Shown: positions 1 to 10,433 of the stretch, in pieces
How the letters are laid out: each line of letters opens with the position of its first letter
Numbering within the stretch: the first letter of the stretch is position 1
NCBI GenBank assembly: GCA_044224875.1
Contig: JBGAJQ010000089.1
Coordinates: forward strand, 1-19,286
Length of the DNA stretch: 19,286 nucleotides
Direction of reading: 5' to 3'
Source: Gemmatimonadaceae bacterium
Lineage (GTDB): Bacteria > Gemmatimonadota > Gemmatimonadetes > Gemmatimonadales > Gemmatimonadaceae
Notes under the pieces: model-generated
What the model saw: only the letters and a program-made list of their open reading frames with translations
What the model was told of the DNA's origin: nothing
Database searches by the model: none
Position numbers and translations under genes: made by a program

Positions 1-498
1 TACCTGTCGGACGTCATGCCCGCGAATGTGCAGCTGATCCACTCCAACCGGCACAACATCCTCGAACAGGTGCAGACAGCGGACCTGGTGGTTGGCGGTG
101 TGCTGGTGACCGGTGCCAAGGCGCCCAAGCTCTTGCGGAAGGAAGACCTCAAGCGGATGCGCCCCGGCTCGGTGATTGTCGACGTGGCCATCGACCAGGG
201 CGGGTGTGTGGAGACGATCCACGCCACGACGCACGAGAACCCCACGTACGTGGTGGATGGCGTCATTCACTACGGGGTGGCGAACATGCCAGGCGGCGTG
301 CCGCGCACATCGACACTGGCGTTGACCAATGCGACCCTTCCGTACGCGTTGCAGCTGGCCAACAAGGGATGGCAGCAGGCGCTGCGCGACAACCCGGCGC
401 TACGCCTGGGTCTGAACATGATCGATGGAAAGGTCACGTATCCAGGCGTCGCCGAGGCGTTTGGCCTGCCGAACCACGATCCGCAGTCATTCCTGTAG
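1..498 (+). CDS. ald: Alanine dehydrogenase, C-terminal part (5' truncated by window)
   Basis: Frame is open from base 1. Motifs ADLVVGGVLVTGAKAPKL, GSVIVDVAIDQGGCVET and HYGVANMPGGVPRTSTLALTNAT are typical of AlaDH. TAG at 496-498. Confidence 0.95.
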   Translation, partial: YLSDVMPANVQLIHSNRHNILEQVQTADLVVGGVLVTGAKAPKLLRKEDLKRMRPGSVIVDVAIDQGGCVETIHATTHENPTYVVDGVIHYGVANMPGGVPRTSTLALTNATLPYALQLANKGWQQALRDNPALRLGLNMIDGKVTYPGVAEAFGLPNHDPQSFL

Positions 499-518
499 GA
501 GCTGGCGGGGAGATCGGG

Positions 519-974
519 ATGACGCATGACGCGTCCGGGCGTGTCCACGTCCGCCGGCTGTCGCATAACCCCGATCTCCCGTTGCCCGCCCGGCAGACCG
601 CAGGGTCGGCCGGGTATGACGTGGCGTCGGCGGAGCCCGATTTCCAGCTGGCGCCCGGCGAACGCCGGGCGGTCGCCACGGGACTGGTGTTTGAGCTGCC
701 GGACGGCCTCGAGATGCAGGTTCGTCCGCGGTCGGGTCTCGCCCTCAAGTACGGGCTCACGCTGCCTAACGCCCCGGGAACGATCGACAGCGACTACCGT
801 GGCGAGCTCAAGATCATCATGCAGAACGGCGGAACGGACCCCGTCACGATCAAGCGTGGCGACCGCATCGCCCAACTCATCTTTGCCACGTTCGCCGCAC
901 CGGAAATCGTCGCACAGGACGTGCTGAACGAGACGGCCCGCGGGGCAGGCGGCTTCGGCAGCACGGGGTCATAG
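519..974 (+). CDS. dut: dUTP diphosphatase (trimeric dUTPase)
   Basis: Motifs AGYD, RSGLA, GTIDSDYRGE, RIAQL and RGAGGFGSTG. ATG at 519 follows GGGAG; the longer ORF start at 204 overlaps ald and is spurious. Confidence 0.96.
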   Translation: MTHDASGRVHVRRLSHNPDLPLPARQTAGSAGYDVASAEPDFQLAPGERRAVATGLVFELPDGLEMQVRPRSGLALKYGLTLPNAPGTIDSDYRGELKIIMQNGGTDPVTIKRGDRIAQLIFATFAAPEIVAQDVLNETARGAGGFGSTGS

Positions 975-2189
<1,215 letters not shown>

Positions 2190-2204
2190 GGAGAGTCCGG
2201 AACC

Positions 2205-3281
2205 GTGGCTCGCGCCGTCCGCACCGACTCGCGCGTCGACACCGCACTTCTCGCGGTCTGCGCGATCCTCGCACTCTTCACCTTGGTGCTACCGGCCACG
2301 GCTCGTGACTCCGTCGCCGCCGTACTTCGCCGCACAGTCCTCGCACCGCTACTCAGTCTTCAGGAACAAGCCGAACGGGCCCGCGGTGCCTTTCTGGAGC
2401 GTGATAAGGTCAACGCACGCATTGATTCCCTGGCATTGCGTGGTGCGCGCGTCCCGCAGCTGCTGGACGAGAACGATCGCCTGCGTCGGATCCTGGGATT
2501 GGCGCGCCAGCTCCAGTGGGGGTTCCTGCCGGCAGAAGCGCTCCATGCAACCACCGGTGCTTCCAATGACGACGACATGGTGCTGCTGACGGTCGGTAGC
2601 GAGGCCGGCGTACGCCCGCGCGCTCCGGTCGTTGCTCCTGACGGTTTGGTGGGAGTGGTCACCTCCACGGATCCAAAGACGAGCCAGGCGATCTTGTGGA
2701 CCCACGCGGATTTTCGAGTGAGCGCGATGGCGTCTGACGGTTCGGCGTTCGGCATCGTACAGCCGCATCGTGGTGCTGAGCCGGACCGCTACATGCTGGA
2801 AATGCGCGGTGTGGCGTTTCGGGACGCGTTGAAGACCGGTACGCTCATTACCAGCTCCGGCCTGGGCGGCGTGTTCCCACGGGGAATCCCGATCGGTGTC
2901 GTGGTCGGCGAAATCCGAACGCTCGAGGGGTGGGCCAGGACGTACCTGTTGCGTCCATCCGTTCGACCGCAAGACATCGCGCACGTCATGGTGTTGACGC
3001 CGGAACGCGTCACGAGCGACGTCTCGACGGTGTGGCAGTCGGCCGCCTCAGTAGATTCTGCGCAACGACGCATCGTCGCGGCCGGCGACTCACTGGACCG
3101 GCAAGAGGCAGAGGTCCGTGCTGCACGCCAACGCACGCTCGATTCGGCGGCCGCCATGCTGAGTGGTGTGAACGTGGCGCCGAGTATCACCGCTAGCGAT
3201 TCTCTCCGTGCGCGTCTGAACCTGTCCGGACTCAAGCGAGATTCCACGCGGCGTGACAGCGTGAAGCGGCCGCCGCAATGA
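2205..3281 (+). CDS. mreC: Rod shape-determining protein MreC with C-terminal extension
   Basis: N-terminal TM segment, coiled coil (LLDENDRLRRILGL), PDGLVGVV, TSSGLGGVFPRGIPIGVV. GAGGAG RBS before GTG; lies between mreB and mreD. Confidence 0.93.
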   Translation: MARAVRTDSRVDTALLAVCAILALFTLVLPATARDSVAAVLRRTVLAPLLSLQEQAERARGAFLERDKVNARIDSLALRGARVPQLLDENDRLRRILGLARQLQWGFLPAEALHATTGASNDDDMVLLTVGSEAGVRPRAPVVAPDGLVGVVTSTDPKTSQAILWTHADFRVSAMASDGSAFGIVQPHRGAEPDRYMLEMRGVAFRDALKTGTLITSSGLGGVFPRGIPIGVVVGEIRTLEGWARTYLLRPSVRPQDIAHVMVLTPERVTSDVSTVWQSAASVDSAQRRIVAAGDSLDRQEAEVRAARQRTLDSAAAMLSGVNVAPSITASDSLRARLNLSGLKRDSTRRDSVKRPPQ

Positions 3282-3766
3282 GGCTCGCTCCGTTGCTGCG
3301 CGGTGTGCTGGCATTCGCCATTCTCGTCACGCTGCACTACTCCATCCGGCCCCTGCTCGGATGGCGCGTTGGCATGGACTTTCTCGTCATCGCGGTCCTG
3401 CTCACCGCCGTTCGTGTGCGGCCAGGGGTCGCTGCCGTCCTTGGCTTCCTGACCGGACTCGTCGCTGATTCACTCTCACCGAATGCCTTTGGAGCGGGTG
3501 CGCTGGCGATGACAGGGATCGCGTTTGCCGCATCCTGGCTCAAGGCCGTGTTCTTTGCCGACAACGTGGTCCTCCACGCGTTCTTCTTCTTTGTTGGGAA
3601 GTGGGCGTACGATATCGTCTATGTGTTGGCGGAACGACGACTAGGACTGACGGAGGCGGCCACGCAGCTGCTGCTCTGGTCGCCACTGTCCGCGGCGCTG
3701 ACAGCACTGGTTGGATTGCTGCTCCTGGTCGCCTTCCGGTCGGTCTTGGAACCCCAGTCCGCATGA
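3278..3766 (+). CDS. mreD: Rod shape-determining membrane protein MreD
   Basis: 162-aa highly hydrophobic protein with GFLTGLVADSL..FGAGAL pattern. ATGA overlap with mreC; canonical position before mrdA. Confidence 0.88.
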   Translation: MRLAPLLRGVLAFAILVTLHYSIRPLLGWRVGMDFLVIAVLLTAVRVRPGVAAVLGFLTGLVADSLSPNAFGAGALAMTGIAFAASWLKAVFFADNVVLHAFFFFVGKWAYDIVYVLAERRLGLTEAATQLLLWSPLSAALTALVGLLLLVAFRSVLEPQSA

Positions 3767-3800
3767 ACGAATTTCCGGCAGCATCGGAGACGCAGGCGGT

Positions 3801-5567
3801 ATGAGCTTTCATCCGAATGAAGTGCAGCGTCGCGGTCAGTTCGCCCGTGCCCTGGTTGGCGGCACACTGTTGGTGCTGGCGGGAGCATTCTTTCGGACGC
3901 AGGTGCTGGAGAATACCACCTACGCGCTGCAGTCTGAGGAAAACCGGCTCCGCGAGGTTCCGCTTCCGGCGCCGCGAGGCATCATCTACGATCGGCACGG
4001 GTTGATCGTCGCCGAGAACATTCCGGGCTATACCGTGTCGATCCTGAGCCCGGGACCGGATTCGCTGCGTGCGTCGCTGCGAGCCTTGAGCGCCATTGTG
4101 CCGTTCAGCGACGATGCCATCGAATCCGCCGTCCGTCGGTTGAAGCGCGACCCCAACCGGCCGACGGTTGTCCTGGCGGACGCATCGTTCGACCAAGTGT
4201 CAGTGCTCGAAGAGCACCGAAGCGAGTTCCCCAGCCTCATCATCCAGACGGCGCCCAAGCGATACTACCCCGACGGCCCGGCCGTATCGGCGCTGGTCGG
4301 TTATACCAGCGAAATCGCCGAGTCTGAGCTGAACTCATCGGCGTACGTGGGCTACAAGTCCGGGCAGCAGATCGGTCGTGCCGGACTGGAAAAGGAGTAC
4401 GAACGAAAGCTGCGAGGGAAGGAGGGCTCGCGCTTTGTGGAAGTCGATGCACGAGGCCGCGTGGTGCGTGAGTCGGGGGCGCGCCCGGACATTCCTCCGG
4501 TGCCGGCGCCGGCGCTTACGACTCACCTGGACATGGATCTCCAGCGCTTCGTCGCGTCGTACTTCGCCGACTCGCTGCAGGGCGGTGTTGTGGCCATGGA
4601 GCCATCCGGGGAAGTACTCGCAATTCACTCAGCTCCGACGTTCGATCCCAACCGCTTTATCGGGGGCATTCCCAGGGACTATTGGGCAGCCCTGAACGGC
4701 GATCCACGCCGCCCATTGTACAACAAGGCAATCCAGGGGCGTTACCCTCCCGGGTCAACGTTCAAGCTGGCGATGGCCGCGCTTGCCCTCGAGAGCGGCG
4801 TGGCAACCCTGAACGACCGGATGCCGGCGCCTTGTACCGGCGGGTATACCTACGGCACGCGACGGTTCAAATGCTGGGACCACAAGGGGCACGGATCGCT
4901 CACGTTGGCGCAAGCCATCGAAAAGTCGTGCGACGTGTACTTCTACCAGCTCGGGCTCAAGATGGGGTTGCCGAAGTTGATCGCCGGCGGGGTGGACCTG
5001 AAGTTCCGGGAGCGCTCGGGGATCGACTTACCGAATGAGTCGGCACCGCTCTGGCCGTACGCAGTCGACTATTACAATCGGCTCTTTGGGCCGCGCGGAT
5101 GGACGCAGGCCGTTGCGTTGAACCTGTCGATCGGACAGGGTGAGAATTCGCAGACGATCGTGAGTATGGCGCGCTTCTATACGGCGCTGGCGACCAATGG
5201 GCAGGCCTCCAATCCCACCATCGGTAACTCCAAGATCGCGCGGACCAAGTTGTTTGAACTGGCACCCGAACAGCTGAATGGATTGCGCGATGCCCTTGCC
5301 GGCGTCGTGTCGGGTCGCGGGACCGCAGGCTCCGCGGTGATTCAAGGGGTGACGATTGCCGGAAAGACCGGCACCGCACAGAACTCGCACGGCGAAGACC
5401 ACGCGTGGTTCGTCGGGTTCGCACCCAAGGACGACCCGAAGATTGTGGTCGCCGTCATGCTGGAGTTTGGGGGCCATGGAACGCGCGCGGCGCGAACGGC
5501 CTCCAAGATCATCGAACACTATCTCAAGCGGCCTGCCATCCAGCCGTTGAACACCGAGGGCGAGTGA
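3801..5567 (+). CDS. mrdA: Penicillin-binding protein 2 (class B transpeptidase)
   Basis: N-terminal TM, APRGIIYDR, GRAGLEKEYE, catalytic SxxK (PPGSTFK), SCDVYFY and KTGTAQ. ATG 3801. Confidence 0.96.
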   Translation: MSFHPNEVQRRGQFARALVGGTLLVLAGAFFRTQVLENTTYALQSEENRLREVPLPAPRGIIYDRHGLIVAENIPGYTVSILSPGPDSLRASLRALSAIVPFSDDAIESAVRRLKRDPNRPTVVLADASFDQVSVLEEHRSEFPSLIIQTAPKRYYPDGPAVSALVGYTSEIAESELNSSAYVGYKSGQQIGRAGLEKEYERKLRGKEGSRFVEVDARGRVVRESGARPDIPPVPAPALTTHLDMDLQRFVASYFADSLQGGVVAMEPSGEVLAIHSAPTFDPNRFIGGIPRDYWAALNGDPRRPLYNKAIQGRYPPGSTFKLAMAALALESGVATLNDRMPAPCTGGYTYGTRRFKCWDHKGHGSLTLAQAIEKSCDVYFYQLGLKMGLPKLIAGGVDLKFRERSGIDLPNESAPLWPYAVDYYNRLFGPRGWTQAVALNLSIGQGENSQTIVSMARFYTALATNGQASNPTIGNSKIARTKLFELAPEQLNGLRDALAGVVSGRGTAGSAVIQGVTIAGKTGTAQNSHGEDHAWFVGFAPKDDPKIVVAVMLEFGGHGTRAARTASKIIEHYLKRPAIQPLNTEGE

Positions 5568-6808
5568 TCCGCCGGGCGTTTGCGGACTATCCGCTGGTCC
5601 TGATAGCGTTGCTGCTGTCGGCGTATGGTGTGGCCGTCGTGTATTCGGCAGGCCAGACAGACGTTCCCGTTCCGTACGTTGAAGGGGCGTGGAAGCGGCA
5701 GTTGATGTGGCTGGGCATATCGATCGTCGCGGCGTGGACGGTGAGCCGGGGCTCGGTGCGGTTTCTCGACTGGGTAGCGACGCCGGCGTACGTCCTGGGC
5801 GTCGTACTGCTGGCGGTGACACTGGTCATCGGGAGCGGAGCCGGCACCGCCGCCAGCATGAAGGGGTGGATCACCATCGGTGGCACACGCATCGGTCAGC
5901 CGGCTGAACTGGCCAAGGTGTGCGTGGTGTTGATGCTGGCGAAGGTACTCTCCAGCAGCCGCAACGCCCCAAAGTCCCTGCTGGAGCTGTGGAAACCCGC
6001 GGTCGTCGTGCTCGTGCCGTGGGTCCTGGTCATGGCGCAGCCGGACCTCGGCACGGGGATGGTCTTCATCGGGATCTTCTTCGCCATGCTCTTCTGGTCC
6101 GGCGTCTCGGCCCGCCTGCTGCTGCTTGTGGCGAGTCCCGCGATCAGCCTGGTGCTCGCGTTCTCCACCGGGCTGTGGGGCGCTTGGTTCTTGTTGTTGC
6201 TGGCCGTCGTCATCCTCTACAAGCCGTACATCGTGGAGGGTGTGGTGCTCGTAGTGGCGAACGTGCTCATGGGAGTGGCGGCGCCACTGCTCTGGGAACG
6301 CCTCGAGCCGCACCAGCAGGCCCGCTTGCTTGTCTTCCTCGATCCGTCTCAGGACCCTAAGGCCACCGGCTATCACGTCATTCAGTCAAAGATCGCGATT
6401 GGGTCCGGAGGATGGGTGGGAAAGGGGTTCACACTGGGCAGCCAGAAGCGATTGGCATTCCTTCCGGCCCAGCACACGGACTTCATTTTCTCCGTCGTCG
6501 GTGAGGAACTCGGGTTCATTGGCGTCACCGTCGCCTTGTTCTTCTTCCTGATGCTGTTCCTTCGCGCCATTCGTGTGTCGACGCGTGCCAGCGATTCCTT
6601 CTCGTCCTTGGTTGCGTTCGGGATCATCGGCAGTTGGTTCGTTCACGTAGCCGAGAATGTCGGGATGACGCTCAGCCTCATGCCGGTCACCGGCATTCCC
6701 CTGCCGTTCTTTTCGTACGGCGGCTCGTTCCTTCTCGCATGCTGGATTTCCGTAGGCATTCTGGTTCGGATCTCGAGCGAGGGACGAGGGATGGCGGACG
6801 CCTTCTAG
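5564..6808 (+). CDS. rodA: SEDS peptidoglycan glycosyltransferase RodA
   Basis: QPAELAK, QPDLGT, GYHVIQSKIAIGSGG, HTDFIFSVVGEELGF and PVTGIPLPFFSYGGS motifs. GTGA overlap with the mrdA stop. Confidence 0.95.
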   Translation: MIRRAFADYPLVLIALLLSAYGVAVVYSAGQTDVPVPYVEGAWKRQLMWLGISIVAAWTVSRGSVRFLDWVATPAYVLGVVLLAVTLVIGSGAGTAASMKGWITIGGTRIGQPAELAKVCVVLMLAKVLSSSRNAPKSLLELWKPAVVVLVPWVLVMAQPDLGTGMVFIGIFFAMLFWSGVSARLLLLVASPAISLVLAFSTGLWGAWFLLLLAVVILYKPYIVEGVVLVVANVLMGVAAPLLWERLEPHQQARLLVFLDPSQDPKATGYHVIQSKIAIGSGGWVGKGFTLGSQKRLAFLPAQHTDFIFSVVGEELGFIGVTVALFFFLMLFLRAIRVSTRASDSFSSLVAFGIIGSWFVHVAENVGMTLSLMPVTGIPLPFFSYGGSFLLACWISVGILVRISSEGRGMADAF

Positions 6809-6866
6809 CGGTCCGCCGCATACCGGCGCCGTGCCGCGGGCCGTAGGGACGGCTCCTGTCAACGCC

Positions 6867-6895
6867 TTGTCCTGCGATGCTTTAGCGGGCACATT
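6867..6895 (+). promoter_or_regulatory. Possible promoter of accD (near-leaderless)
   Basis: TTGTCC (6867-6872), 17 nt, CACATT (6890-6895), 8 nt before ATG 6904. No SD; the -10 box is weak. Confidence 0.3.
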
Positions 6896-6903
6896 TGCAG
6901 CCT

Positions 6904-7767
6904 ATGGCATGGTTTCGGAAGGAGAAGAAGCCTAGGGCACCGCGCGCGCAGCGCCTCGACATTCCCCCCGATGTTTGGGAGAAGTGTGAGGCGTGTGGGC
7001 ACACGGACATCCGGGAAAAGTTCGTCCGCAACCACAACGTCTGTCCAAACTGCGACTACCACCGTCGCATTCGCGGCCCAGACTACGTCAACATCCTCCT
7101 GGACGAGGGCTCCTGGGAGGAAGTGCTCACGGACATTCGCTCCGTCGATCCGCTGAGCTTTCCGGATTACCAGGGACGGCTCAAGAAGGCACGCGCTAAC
7201 GCCGGTGACTACGACGCGATCTTCACCGCGGCCGGAACACTCGGCGAGATGCCAGTGAACGTGGGGGCCATGGACTTCGCCTTCATGGGTGGCTCGATGG
7301 GTTCGGTCGTCGGCGAGAAGATCGCGCGATTGGGGCAGCGTTCCCTCGAGCGAAAGCACCCGTTGATCATCGTCTCGGCTTCTGGCGGCGCCAGGATGCA
7401 GGAGGGCGTGCTCTCCCTCATGCAGATGGCGAAGGTCAGCGCCGTCCTGTCGCAGCTGGCAGAGCGCCGCATCCCGTACATATCCATTCTCACCAACCCG
7501 ACGACCGGTGGCGTCAGCGCGAGCTACGCCATGCTGGGTGATGCGATTGTGGCCGAGCCAGGGGCGGTGATCGGCTTTGCTGGGCCACGGGTGATCAAGC
7601 AAACGTTAGGGCAGGACCTCCCAGAGGGATTCCAGACCGCGGAGTTTCTGCTGGATCACGGGATGCTGGACTGCGTGGTGCATCGCAAGGACCTCAAGCA
7701 GACGGCGGGACGCCTGCTTCGGCACATGAGTGGCAAACCCGCGGCGGCCGGTTGGGCAACGAGCTGA
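6904..7767 (+). CDS. accD: Acetyl-CoA carboxylase carboxyltransferase beta subunit
   Basis: Zinc ribbon WEKCEAC...CPNC, FMGGSMGSVVGEKI, SGGARMQEG, PTTGGVSAS, IGFAGPRVI and FQTAEFLLDHG. Confidence 0.97.
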   Translation: MAWFRKEKKPRAPRAQRLDIPPDVWEKCEACGHTDIREKFVRNHNVCPNCDYHRRIRGPDYVNILLDEGSWEEVLTDIRSVDPLSFPDYQGRLKKARANAGDYDAIFTAAGTLGEMPVNVGAMDFAFMGGSMGSVVGEKIARLGQRSLERKHPLIIVSASGGARMQEGVLSLMQMAKVSAVLSQLAERRIPYISILTNPTTGGVSASYAMLGDAIVAEPGAVIGFAGPRVIKQTLGQDLPEGFQTAEFLLDHGMLDCVVHRKDLKQTAGRLLRHMSGKPAAAGWATS

Positions 7768-9041
7768 GCGACTATCGCGACGCGCTGGACTTTTTGTTCG
7801 CGCGGACGACCGGAAAGAACAAGCTTGGTCTTGAGCGGGTCGAGGCCCTGTTGAAATACCTCGGGGATCCGCACAAGCAGCTGCGGGTCTTTCACGTGGC
7901 GGGAACGAACGGGAAGGGCAGTGTGTGCGCGACCCTCGAGGCGCTGATGCGCTGGCGCGGCCTCCGTGTGGGCAAGTACACCTCGCCTCATCTGGTGGAT
8001 TTTCGCGAGCGCTTCTTGGTCAACGGCACGCCAATCGAGGCGCAATTCGTTGTGGATTTCATCCGCGACCACGTGAAGGCCGTTGAAGACCTTGGGGCGA
8101 CGTTCTTCGAGGCGACAACGGCCATGGCGTTCGAGTGGTTCGTTAGGCAGCAGGTGGAGGTGCTCATCCTCGAGACGGGACTCGGAGGACGACTCGACGC
8201 CACAAACGTCGTCCAGCCGCTCGTGGCCGGTGTCTCTTCGATTGGCATCGACCACGTGGAGTACCTCGGGAATTCTCGTGAGGAGATCGCGCGCGAGAAG
8301 GCGGGGATCTTCAAACGCGATGCGGCGGCGGTGGTTGGCGAACCCGATGTCGAAATCGGTGCGTTGCTGCGAGACGCCGCGTTGGCCGTTGGAGCTCGGC
8401 CAGTCGTAGAGGTGTGGCGCGAGAACCCGCCCGTTGAGGTGGCCGTTGCAGCCGAAGGGACGCGCTTTGCGCTGCGTCACGATGGAGGCCCGGTATCTCT
8501 GGTGACGCCGTTGCTTGGCGAGCACCAGGCATCGAATGCCGCGTTGGCGATCGCGATGACCGAGGCAGCCGGGCGGCCCTTTGCCTTGACGGCGGTTGAG
8601 CTGCAGGCGGCGCTGCGCACCGTGCGGCTGCCAGGACGCTTCCATCGGGTTGGTCGAATGATTTTCGACGTCGCGCATAACGCGGATGGGGCCACGGTGT
8701 TGACGCGGACGCTGCGCGCCCTCGGCGTGGAACGACCCTTGGTCGGCATCGTGTGCATACTGGCAGACAAGGACTGGCAGAGCATCCTGGACGCGTTGTC
8801 GCCGGCGCTGGACGAGTTGGTGCTGGTGAACGCGCCGACCGCGCCTTCCAGCCGCATGTGGCGTATTGAGGAAGCGTATGCGTACGCCCGATCGCGAGGC
8901 TGGCTTGCACGCATGGAGTTGGATTTCGACCAGGCCATTGATGCCTCCAGCCGCGTCTCGGGAACGGTGCTCATTACTGGCTCGTTTCACACCGTCGGAG
9001 ACGCAATGGATCGCTTGCAGGTCGATCCGTTGGCTCGATAG
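7752..9041 (+). CDS. folC: Folylpolyglutamate synthase/dihydrofolate synthase
   Basis: P-loop HVAGTNGKGS, YTSPHL, ETGLGGRLDATN, IAREKAGI, DVAHN and ITGSF. Conserved accD-folC order; the TTG start is uncertain. Confidence 0.94.
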   Translation: MGNELSDYRDALDFLFARTTGKNKLGLERVEALLKYLGDPHKQLRVFHVAGTNGKGSVCATLEALMRWRGLRVGKYTSPHLVDFRERFLVNGTPIEAQFVVDFIRDHVKAVEDLGATFFEATTAMAFEWFVRQQVEVLILETGLGGRLDATNVVQPLVAGVSSIGIDHVEYLGNSREEIAREKAGIFKRDAAAVVGEPDVEIGALLRDAALAVGARPVVEVWRENPPVEVAVAAEGTRFALRHDGGPVSLVTPLLGEHQASNAALAIAMTEAAGRPFALTAVELQAALRTVRLPGRFHRVGRMIFDVAHNADGATVLTRTLRALGVERPLVGIVCILADKDWQSILDALSPALDELVLVNAPTAPSSRMWRIEEAYAYARSRGWLARMELDFDQAIDASSRVSGTVLITGSFHTVGDAMDRLQVDPLAR

Positions 9042-9044
9042 CTT
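9015..9044 (+). promoter_or_regulatory. Putative leaderless promoter of hisS
   Basis: TTGCAG (9015-9020), 18 nt, TAGCTT (9039-9044, includes the folC TAG), then 6 nt to ATG 9051. No SD. Confidence 0.5.
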
Positions 9045-9050
9045 TCCCTG

Positions 9051-10433
9051 ATGTCAACCGCGTCGCTTCCCGGATTTCGCGACTTCTATCCCGATGAGTT
9101 CGCGCAGCGATCGTGGCTGTTCGAGCGATGGCGGAGCGTGGCGCAGCGATTTGGATTTCAGGAGTACGACGGTCCTCCCTTGGAGCCCTTGGAGCTCTAC
9201 ACGCGAAAGAGCGGCGAGGAGATTGTCGGGCAGCTCTACAACTTTGAGGACAAGGGGGGGCGCGCCGTGGCCCTCCGCCCGGAAATGACGCCTACCGTTG
9301 CACGGATGGTGGCCGCGCGGGCCAATGCGCTCCGCAAGCCCGTGCGGTGGTTCTCCGTGCCTCAGTTGTTTCGCTACGAGCGACAGCAGAAGGGGCGTCT
9401 GCGTGAGCACTTCCAGCTCAATGTCGACATCTTTGGCGAGGACAACATTGCCGCGGATGCCGAGTTGTTGGCGGTCGCGTGCGAAATCATGCGTGCGTGC
9501 GGACTGGGCGCCGATGCTGTTCAGGCGCGCGTGAGTGATCGCCGCCTGCTGACGGCGATTCTCGAGGCGCTGGGCGTTCCCACGAACTGCCTGTCGGTTG
9601 CATTCGCTGCGATTGACAAGATCGAGCGTGATTCCGTGGAGGTGCTCATCCAGCGCATGGTCAGCGGCGGGATTCCCGAGCGCGCGGCGACGGAGAGTTT
9701 GGGTGTCGCGCGCAATTCCTCCTTGGAAGACATTCGCGCGTCGCTGGGAAGCGATGCGCGCGTCGTGGAGGCGCTCGACCGCTTTGAGCGGTATACATCG
9801 TTGCTCCGCGCCCACGGGGTACTGGACTACGTGACGTTTGACCTGCGCATTGTACGAGGCTTGGCGTACTACACGGGTCTCGTATTCGAGTTGTTCGACA
9901 CGCAGGGGGAATTCCGGGCGATTTGTGGAGGTGGCCGGTACGACAATTTGCTGAAGGACCTGGGCGGCGTGGACCTTCCCGCGTTAGGCTTCGGCATGGG
10001 CGACGTGGTGCTGGGCGAGCTACTGAAGGCGCGCGGCAAGATGCCCGGTGGTCACGCGGGCGTTGACGTATGGGTGGTTCCTGAGGAAGGGGTTAACGCC
10101 GAACGGGTCGTCGCGGCCGCCGCGGCGCTCCGTCGCCTGGGGCTGAGCAGCGACTACGTGCTCAACACGGACAAGCTCGCAACGCAGAAGTCATCGAAAC
10201 AAATGGACGCTGCGCGCAAGGCGGGGGCGCGCTATGCACTCCTGTTGCAGCAGGGTGACGTGGCGCCCTTGCGTGACCTGCGCGGGGAACGCGAATCAAT
10301 GGCGACGCCAGTTTCGGCGTGGTTGCAGGCGTCCAGCGCCAGCGCGTACCTCGCGCAGGGGCCCGCCGGTGCACTGGATTCGCTGCAAGAGATCGTGCGA
10401 CTTCGCATGGGTGCGGCAACAGATCGACCGTGA
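9051..10433 (+). CDS. hisS: Histidine--tRNA ligase
   Basis: PGFRDF, LRPEMTPTVAR, FRYERQQKGRLREHFQ, RGLAYYTG and GGGRYDNL motifs. Confidence 0.97.
   Translation: MSTASLPGFRDFYPDEFAQRSWLFERWRSVAQRFGFQEYDGPPLEPLELYTRKSGEEIVGQLYNFEDKGGRAVALRPEMTPTVARMVAARANALRKPVRWFSVPQLFRYERQQKGRLREHFQLNVDIFGEDNIAADAELLAVACEIMRACGLGADAVQARVSDRRLLTAILEALGVPTNCLSVAFAAIDKIERDSVEVLIQRMVSGGIPERAATESLGVARNSSLEDIRASLGSDARVVEALDRFERYTSLLRAHGVLDYVTFDLRIVRGLAYYTGLVFELFDTQGEFRAICGGGRYDNLLKDLGGVDLPALGFGMGDVVLGELLKARGKMPGGHAGVDVWVVPEEGVNAERVVAAAAALRRLGLSSDYVLNTDKLATQKSSKQMDAARKAGARYALLLQQGDVAPLRDLRGERESMATPVSAWLQASSASAYLAQGPAGALDSLQEIVRLRMGAATDRP

Noticed and set aside
204..518. N-terminal extensions in the ORF track (dut from 204, mreB 1017, mrdA 3711, rodA 5405, phosphoesterase 13060, guaA 13644)
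   Set aside because: They overlap upstream genes or promoters and lack family-like sequence. Downstream starts fit RBS or stop/start overlaps better.
6857..6862. Perfect TTGACA on the - strand at 6857-6862 and 10444-10449 (possible antisense promoters)
   Set aside because: No credible -10 hexamer at 16-18 nt spacing.
7656..8990. 444-aa antisense ORF over folC, and similar long antisense ORFs (5519-6376, 9054-9815, 10590-11318, 17497-18339)
   Set aside because: Shadow ORFs expected in high-GC coding DNA. They are Arg/His-rich, have no motifs, and fully overlap well-supported genes.
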